A stretch of DNA of 64,000 nt, from NCBI GenBank assembly GCA_964016885.1, contig OZ024740.1:309008001-309072000 (forward strand). Direction: 5' to 3'. The stretch is from Eledone cirrhosa. Lineage: Eukaryota. Each line of letters starts with the position of its first letter. Position 1 is the first letter of the stretch. Positions 55,968 through 64,000 of this stretch are shown one piece after another. The translations under genes and the position numbers were made by a program. The notes beneath the pieces are model-generated. The model saw only the letters and a program-made list of their open reading frames with translations. It did not search any database and was not told the origin of the DNA.

Positions 55968-57300
55968 AGGAGTAATTCCACATCAATGTGGACTGGGTCA
56001 GACACAACACTCACCACTGTTTTTATTTCCATCATTCTCAGTGATTCATTGTTTGTCTGCCTTTCTCTCGATGATACTCCACTCATCTGTCGTGCTATTC
56101 TCATTTCCAGTCCCTCCAGCATTCTCTGCTGCTCCACATTCATCACCAATGTCTCACTCCCATTAATAATAGAATGTTTCACACATTTCCCATAAGTTTC
56201 AGTGACACTCCTCTTCTCATTAGCTCACCAATCAGTTGCTAGAGCATCTGCCATGCACATCTCACTCTAGATACTGCTGCAGAGTCTGATCCACTTTTTC
56301 ATTCAACATATCTCCAAGGTACCAAAACGTTTTCACACCTTCCATCTTTATCCCAATCCTAAGGGCCAGCTCAACATCCTCTCCATCTGTAGCTCCTCCA
56401 ATACACACTTTACCCTTATATGCAGCTGCCACATTATTTAATAATCCCTTCACATCACTACATTTTTTATGTCCCCATTAAGTGTTTATCCTACATTTAA
56501 TGGAGTTCATTCCAGCACTCTTCCTGCACACTACATATAACTACCTTTCTGTTCTTTTCATCTCACCAAGTACTTTGCCACTTGTGACCATCATCTTCTT
56601 TTCAATATTCACCTTCATACCCTTTGCCTCCATACATTCCTTCCACCTATTCATCATCTCCTTTAATCTCTCCATACTCTCAGCTGTTAGCACCAAGTCA
56701 TCTTTGTATAGCAACTCTCATAGTAAACCCTTCCTTTACACTTCAGGCCAGTACTTCCTTCACTTCAAACTTGCCACTGTTCCTGTCCTTCATTCTTACT
56801 ATTGTTTGCATTTTCTTGTACATTGTCATCACTACTCTTACCAACCAGTCTTCTCCTAACAGTAAACCTCCAGATTAGTAAACCCCCCCAAAACAAATTC
56901 TTCCTCTTGTCCCTGTACTTCTGTAACTGCCTCACAATAATAATTGCATCAAATATTCTTATTCCCTGCACAAATCCAAATTTTCATTTCATCAATGTTC
57001 AATTTTTTTCTTATCCTCTTCCCTAGCACTCTTTCTAATACATTCATTCCATGATCTAATAACTTAATTGGTTTATACAAGTGACAATTTAGAGGATCAC
57101 TTTTCTCCTTGTACAGAGGGATGAGAACATTTAGTTCCCATTCCATTGGAATATAGTCTTATTTCACCACCAAGCTACAGATCTCTACCATCTTCACATT
57201 CTAATTTCCTGCTGCCTTTAACATATATCCCACAACTACTTTTGGCTCTCCCGTCCTTTCATTTTTCATCTCTCTTAATGCTTCCTCAACTTCTTCCTCA
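55968..57300 (-). pseudogene. Old RTE ORF remnant
   Basis: LIPLYKEKSDPLNCHLYKPIKLLDH; DAIIIVRQLQ; FWYLGDML; GSETL. Confidence 0.8.
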
Positions 57301-57472
57301 ATTATCTAACATGTATATTAGAAAATCTAAGATAAATTTAATGTAGGCATAACTGTAGCTTTTAAGCTTTGCTATGAAAATTTAAACAAATGTGAAAAAT
57401 ATTCCATTATATTCTCTTACATAAAAAAGACATAAGAATTTGCCTTTACATGTTTCATGGCTAATTGGTTGT

Positions 57473-58100
57473 TCATAATAATAATAATAATGAAATTATT
57501 GTGTACAGTGTTCAGGTTCACTACAACTCATCAAAGGTGCATGTATAGTACATAGAATAATGTACAAATGTCAGGAAAATGAACAGTGTACGAGTCATGA
57601 AATACATGTGTACGTGTGTATGGAGGGTGGACATCAGGTGTAGTGTTGGCGAATCTCAGGAAGCCTGGAGATTTTGAAGGATGCAGTGTCTTGGCAGCTA
57701 ACAACTGATGCAGGTAGTTTGTTCCATGCTTCAGCAACTCTGAGCATGAAAAAATGTTTCCGAAAGTCATGGGAGCTGTGCTGCTTTCTGACTTTGTAGG
57801 CATGCCCACGTGTGTTAGATACATGGAAATCAAAAAGGTGCTCAGGGTTGTTGTTGGCAAGATGGTTAATGATTTTGTGGGTGTTTACCAAGTCAGTTGC
57901 CAGACGTCGGAGCTTCAATGTATCCATGCCGAGGGAAGCAAGGCGTTCAGAGTATGGTAGATGCCTGATGGAGGGTATTCGCTTGGTTGCACGTCTCTGA
58001 ACAGTTTCCAGGCGGTCAATGTTCTGAGCAAGATAGGGGTTCCAGACTGGTGATGCAAATTCTGTGGCCACACCATAGCTATATACAGCTTTAAATTAGA
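57473..58100 (-). mobile_element. 3' fragment of the CR1-group LINE
   Basis: ORF 57634-58071 is near-identical to the ORF2 C-terminus; (ATT)n tail. Confidence 0.93.
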
Positions 58101-58349
58101 TGACAAGTAGCCTTATATTTCTATCTGAAGAGAGCTATAGTCAAACACTCACAATCTGGGACAACTAAAATGCCAGTCTAATTTGCATAATGTGTCTCCA
58201 GCATAATTAATTAAAATCTAAGCTAAGTTTAATGTAGATATAACTACAGTTTATAAGCTGCTCTCTGGAAATTAAAAAAGTTAGTAACCATAAATTCCAA
58301 TTTCATTTATTTGTGGTGGATGGTGGAGGTGGGGTTAGATTGCCTTTTT

Positions 58350-58565
58350 CTCATAGCTCTTAGAAGTGAGTGGGGAGCTACAAAATGTTGATAATTTCTT
58401 CCTACCTTTTATGTTCTGAGTTCAAATCTGTTGAGGTTAGTTTTGTCTTTCATCCTCATGGGGTAGATAAAATGAAGTTCCAGTAATGCACTGGGGTTAA
58501 TTTAATCAACCTTCTCCTTTCCTTCAAATTGCTGGTCTTGTGCCAAATATAGAAACAATTATTAA
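58350..58565 (+). mobile_element. Old tRNA SINE with Nin-like central domain
   Basis: gagttcaaatc, ctttcatcctcatggggtagataaaatgaagttccag. Confidence 0.65.
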
Positions 58566-58779
58566 TATCATGAGCAAGCGTAACTACTTCAACAAGGTTT
58601 GAAGAAGAATAAGTCGAGCTTCAGTTTCTTTTTTTAGTTGTTGTTGCATATGAGATCCCTTAGGCTCTAAGATGTTGACAATATTGTGGAATATCAGTTT
58701 CTGTTGACAAGAAAATGTATGAACTGACATTATCAGAGATTCTTGTGAAATAGAGTATTTGAGTTTCTTAAGCAATCAT

Positions 58780-59445
58780 CCTTATCATCATAATCATCAT
58801 CATCACTATTTACCATCATCATAATCCTCATTATCACTATTTAATATCTATTTTCCATGCTTGCATGGCATAGACAAGCTGCTATGTACTGATCCTAGAT
58901 TTGTCAGGTGACTATGTCTTGCTCATATGCTCTGTTTTTTATTCAGTTTCTGTGATTTGATGTCCTTTCTAATGCCAGCCATGTTACAGTATGTACTGCG
59001 AGTCTTTTATCATGACTCCGGCACTACCATCTTATAGGGTGGACTGGGTGCTTTTTGTTGTGGTACTAGCCCAACCACCTTACAGGATGGACTGGGTGCT
59101 TTTTGTTGTGGTACCAACCCAACCACTTTACAGAGTGGATTGGGTGTTTTTTGTTGTGGTATCAGCCCAACTTTCTGTTGTGGTACTAGATCAACCACCT
59201 TACATAGGGTATTGGGTGTTTTTTGTTGTGGTACTAGCCCAACCACCTTACAGGGTAGATTGGGTGTTTTTTGTTGTGGTATCAGCCCAACCACCTTACA
59301 GGGTGGATTGGGTGTTTTTTGTTGTGGTATCAGCCCAACCACCTTACAGGGTGGATTGGGTGTTTTTTGTTGTGGTATCAGCCCAACCACCTTACATGGA
59401 GGATTGGGTGTTTTTCATTGTGGCACCAGCCCAACCTAATTACAA
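58780..59445 (-). repeat. Old RTE/SINE tail carrying a 48-bp minisatellite (about 59020-59440)
   Basis: Unit ccaccttacagggtggattgggtgttttttgttgtggtatcagcccaa, about 8-9 copies. Confidence 0.85.
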
Positions 59446-59479
59446 CACTAGGGTGTTTGATGTGTCAAACTGGGGAGGC

Positions 59480-60440
59480 AATAGTAGGAGTTGGGAGGAA
59501 TGTAAAATATTTTCTTATATATTCATCATCTTCCCTGTCTTTGCTTGATGCAAACGAGAACCTCCCTAGCTCTTTCTGTTAACACTTGGTCTTCAAGACT
59601 ACCCTGTGCATCTTCTATCCAAGCTTGGATATCATCTTCTGTGACATCTGTTTTACCTTCCCGCTTAACCCATTTCTTGCCAACTCGGCCAAAACCAGGT
59701 CTGGTTCTATGAAATAAAGTCATCCATTTAAAAAGTGTTCACACTAAATTAAAATCTTCCAACATAATTTTAAATAAGAACCTTACATTAAGTTACTGTC
59801 CTAGTAATGAAATAATTGATAATTTTAGTAAATCCCTCAAAATTCTTCATTAATTAACTGAAATAGTGAGTATTTCATTAGAAATGCAATCATGAAAGGG
59901 TTAAGTATGTGATTAATATCTTTCAAAATCATTTTCTTGCTCTACATTGTGCAGAAGTCTTTTTTTTCTCAAGTATTGGGAAGAGTGGTAGTGTTGAGGG
60001 CAATCATTAATGCTAATGAATTAAATATTGCAGATTTGTTGATATTAGTGGTTGTAACATGATGTAACTGAGGGTTGTTAATGTAATTGGGTGTTGTTGA
60101 TGCTACTGGTTGTAACATGATGTTACTGGTTGTAACATGATGTTACTGGGTCTTGTTGATTTAACTGGATGTAACTGAGAATTCTTTACATGTGTTTGCC
60201 TTCTCTGAGATTGTCATTTTCTATAACCACAAGAATTTTATCTAAATATCTTCATTGGTATAAACTCCTGCCAGCTACACTTATGCCGTGACTCATTGGC
60301 TAGATTATAGATGTAACATAAGATGGCAAAAAGCATGTCCCATAGTTTGTAGTAATTACTGATAAGTTGGTGACAAAGTTGCTTGGACAGGTCTGATATG
60401 AGTAGTGCCTTCACCTCTTCAGCAGACAGTATGAAGAAAT
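59480..60440 (-). pseudogene. Decayed pogo/Tigger-like transposase, interrupted
   Basis: EVKALLISD; FLPSYVTSII*PMSHGI (compare FLPPNTTSLIQPMDQGI); acidic DVTEDDIQAWIED..QVLTE tail. Confidence 0.55.
59665..59904 (-). mobile_element. piggyBac-type MITE with TTAA target duplication
   Basis: ttaa-cccatttc ... gaaaggg-ttaa. Confidence 0.75.
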
Positions 60441-60452
60441 CTTAAAAATATT

Positions 60453-60487
<35 letters not shown>

Positions 60488-60491
<4 letters not shown>

Positions 60492-60990
60492 ATAATAATA
60501 AATTTGAAGACTAAAATCCAAAAAGGGCTCGATAAGGATAAATATATATCAAATATATAAAAACCGTAGAGCAAATATTTATTAAAATAACAGATTAAAG
60601 TTTAAGCAAAGAATCGCTGCTTTCACCCTTAACGGGATCTTCTGAAACTAACAAAGTCAATCTGTAAACGCAGAAGTGGATATTTCAAAAAACGTTGCAA
60701 CCAGAGGAAGACGATACTTTGGTTTGTGGAAACGTTCCCTGGCAAAGAACGGGAAAAAAGAAATATAATACGTCATTAATAGGAGCTATGAAAAACAATT
60801 ACACGCAAAGACAGAACCATGTTTATGGTATAAAATAAGTCGTAGACTAATGTTCTCTTAGGTGGTTCATAGAGACGTTCTCTGGCAATGAATGGAAAAA
60901 ACGATGATAATACATCATATGTGGAGCGTGGAGAACAATTGCACGCAAAGACAAAACCACGTAAATGGTATAGCTGAAGTCGTAGACTAA
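60488..60990 (-). mobile_element. Hammerhead-bearing repeat (family H), copy 2, with diverged internal duplication
   Basis: 60731-60850 is repeated at 60874-60990; the element may extend to about 61650. Confidence 0.6.
60590..60665 (-). ncRNA. Extended type I hammerhead, CAGAAGA core variant
   Basis: acagattga-ctttgtt-agttt CAGAAGA t-ccc-gttaa-ggg-t GAAA gcagcgattctttg CTT aaact-ttaatctgt, then aataaa. Confidence 0.7.
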
Positions 60991-63456
60991 AATTCTAACT
61001 AGGAAGCCGAATGAATCTCCGCTACAGAGTTAAGAATAAAGTAAATAAAATACAATACAGAGGTAATAGAAATTAAATCAATACATACACGCATGCAAAT
61101 ACGTACATACACAAGCATACGCGAAAACACTTGCCATAGGTATACAAAACGACGCACATATAAATATGTGTGTGTGTGTGTGCGTGTATACAAATAAATA
61201 ATTAAATAAACGTATATAAATAAATAAATACGTCTATAACAAGCGCACACACATACCTACATGTAAATACACATGTTCGGAGACGTACGTCAACTAAAAC
61301 ATGAAGTACACATACATACGTACGAACCCGCATACTCACACAGACACAAAACTCCCGTATACACATAACCAAACCATATGTACCAGAATATATAAAAATT
61401 ATACGTCATAACATATACAATCAATTATATGTACGAGAAAGTATACGTACCTTCACAAAACATATAGGTAATATATACTTACCTATGCAAATAAGTAATG
61501 GTATAAACATAACATATACTTAGCTATATATATAAACATAAATGGAAGAAGCAAACAAGATAAAAAGTTAACTGAATTACTTCAATGTCCCGAATGCAGT
61601 TTCGTTGTGTAAAGACATGGCCTGGGCCAATACTGGCCAAAATCTATCAAAGTTATATATATATATATGATGATGATGACAATACATATTATTTTGTATA
61701 AAAATGACTTCTACAGAACTAGAACTGTTTTTATTCATATAAATCATCAGGATTCCTGATGGTTTCATACCAATGAAACATTTCTAGTCCTGTACAGTTC
61801 ATTTCCATATAAAATAAATGTGCTTCTTCTCTACTAACATATTGAGTACCTTATTTAACTGTGTTTTTTTTCTGATCCCCTTCATTCATCTCTTAAGTGT
61901 CATTGGTCTCTGACAACTCCTCCAATCCAATGATGATGACAATAATGATGGTGATGATATCTATTGTTTTATTTGTTTGACATAATTGACACCTAACTTT
62001 TCATGTTTTCTTCTAATTCTTGGCAGGCAACCATTTTGTTTTAACCCTATAAGGCTTAATTTTCTGTTAAAGAAACATGTAGAGGAAATTAACCTGCTAT
62101 TCTAGGAATATGAAACAAGTCAAACTAAAAAAACTCGTCTTTGAGCAATGCAAAAATACTACTTATAATAAATAAACTATTGTTTCAAATCACACAAATT
62201 CCATGTATAGAAAATGGGTTATTACATTTTTTCTATGTGAGTAACATCAACAAAAATAAATAAATAAAAAGAAGTCTTTAAAGGTTTCACAGACCACTTT
62301 CAATTGATGTCAAGCTTCTATAAAAATCTAATTGGTATAAATGTATCAGAAAAATGAATTGAAATAACAAACAAATAACAGCAAACTAATAATAAAAAAG
62401 AAATTTTGTTGCCTGTCATACTTTTTAACATATATTTTATTTAACTCTTTTTTTTTTTATTCATTTCCTTCACCATTTACCTTATCATCATCATCACACC
62501 ATCAGCATCATCGTTGTCATTGTTGTTTACCACCCTCTTTATCTGTTAACTTTCCTCTTCAAACTCTAAGCAATCTCCTAATTTTATTCACTGTTGAATG
62601 GAAAAAGAACAACAATAAAATGGAAACTGCTTTTGTTGCATTGTTTAGCTGTCTTGAAGTACTGTAATATTCTTTGAATATTCCTTTCTCTAGATTTATA
62701 ATTCCTATAATTCAGTCATTTCATTTGCTTCTTTTCTATCTCTGGCAATGTCTTTTAAATATTGCTCTGATGTTTTACCTGAAGTGGTTCTAAATGTTGC
62801 CATGACTCACTATAAGGTAATTAAAGAAAAGAAAACAAAAGAAAGAGCAGAAAAGTTAAAAAAAAAAAAAAACCCTGAAAAAAAACCGTTTAAAGTGAGT
62901 AAAATTTATTCTGGAAAAAAAAATTCAACATTAGATCCCCCTTTTATCATTGCACAATATTGTTGATTATATTTAATTCTTTTAGCTCTGTCATGCATCT
63001 TTTAAATAAACAGTTCAACATGCATCAAGCAAGCTCCTTTCATGACACTTCCATACAAACATAAACAATTCCAGATTGCACTCATACATGCAAATAATTA
63101 TTTTGATCTCTTTTTACTCATTACTCCATCTCTCTCTTTCTAACTCTCTAGCCCCCCCCCCCTTCTCTACTAATCTATTCCTCTCTCTCTCTTCCACCCC
63201 CTCTCCTTCCTTCCCTCCCTCCCTCTCTCCTTCCCTCTCTTCCCTCTCTCTTTACATATATATCTATATATATATTTATATAAAATTGTTCATTTGTTTG
63301 TCTGTTTATCTCCAATGCACTTAAAAGCCAGTGGAATAATCATGTTCAAACTTGGCATGTGAGTTCCTTAGACTCAGGAATAGGTTTTCCTCACACTTGG
63401 ACCTATATTCATTTGTTTATAAGTTTGTCTGGGTTTGGAAAAATAATTGTTTATAC

Positions 63457-63637
63457 TTTTGGCACAAGCCCAGCAATTACACAGTGCATTACTGGTACTT
63501 TATTTTATTGACCCCAAAAGGATGAAAGGCAAAGTTAACCATGGCGGGATTTGAACTCAGAATGGTAAGAGCCGTAACTCTATGTGTCAAAGCATGGCGT
63601 CTGACTCTCTACCGATACTGCCAATCCACCACCCTCG
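63457..63637 (-). mobile_element. tRNA SINE with Nin-like domain
   Basis: Minus strand gagttcaaatcc..gcctttcatccttttggggtcaataaaataaagtaccag. Confidence 0.75.
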
Positions 63638-63789
63638 GGTTTGGAAAAATAATGATGGTAGTCATGGAGAGAAAGAAACAGATAAAGAAAGTGAAGAGAG
63701 TAAGCAATATGCATTTAACCATCCCTCACTTTCTCCTGTGTTCAATCAACATATTAGCCATCTTCTCTATCAGCAGCAGTTCATGTGGT

Positions 63790-64000
63790 CATACATTCTT
63801 TAGATACCATGAAGGTTTCACCCGAGGGAAGAGAATGTGATAGCTTCAGTGCATCATCTTTTCCAAAGTGGATTAGTTCAAATTTATCCTCGTTCAGTAG
63901 CATATTGTTTTTTTCTGCCCATTGGGTACAGCAAAGGATCTGATGGAAGGCATATCTAGTCTTCCATTCCATTGATGACCTTCTGGAGCTTGGAATCATC
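63790..64000 (-). pseudogene. CR1/L2-group RT fragment running off the window
   Basis: QWAEKNNMLLNEDKFELIHFG. Confidence 0.7.

Noticed and set aside
58991-59548. 185-aa repeat-protein ORF
   Set aside because: Translation of a 48-bp TE-derived minisatellite.
61744-61795. Hammerhead-like words (ctgatgg..gaaac..gtc; minus strand ctgatga..aaaac..gta) around a catcagg/cctgatg hairpin
   Set aside because: Core mismatches and no adjacent stem I in either orientation; at most a decayed remnant.

Overview
AT-rich animal genomic DNA; the repeat content (CORE- and Nin-type tRNA SINEs, RTE LINEs with (GAT)n tails, very long TA arrays) suggests an octopus or other coleoid cephalopod, which is an inference. 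No host protein-coding gene is clearly supported. Positions 1-~41.5 kb form one polarised (TA)n/(TATG)n-derived array packed with young insertions: six 5'-truncated copies of an RTE LINE with a PHD finger inside its ORF, four copies of a ~600-bp bipartite non-autonomous RTE derivative, one full-length CR1-group LINE, SINEs and hammerhead-bearing fragments. Positions ~41.5-64 kb hold older decayed TEs (RTE, CR1, CRE-like, pogo, Helitron, piggyBac-type MITEs, foldbacks). The most notable observations are: four type I hammerhead ribozyme folds, three with an atypical CAGA core in place of CUGA; a G_GGA_AAC -1 slippery site joining ORF1 to an AUG-less ORF2 in the CR1-group LINE; and a repeated pattern of rare satellite variants on both sides of that LINE, resembling a giant, later-expanded target-site duplication. 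The many Y/I/M/C/V-rich ORFs are microsatellite artefacts.
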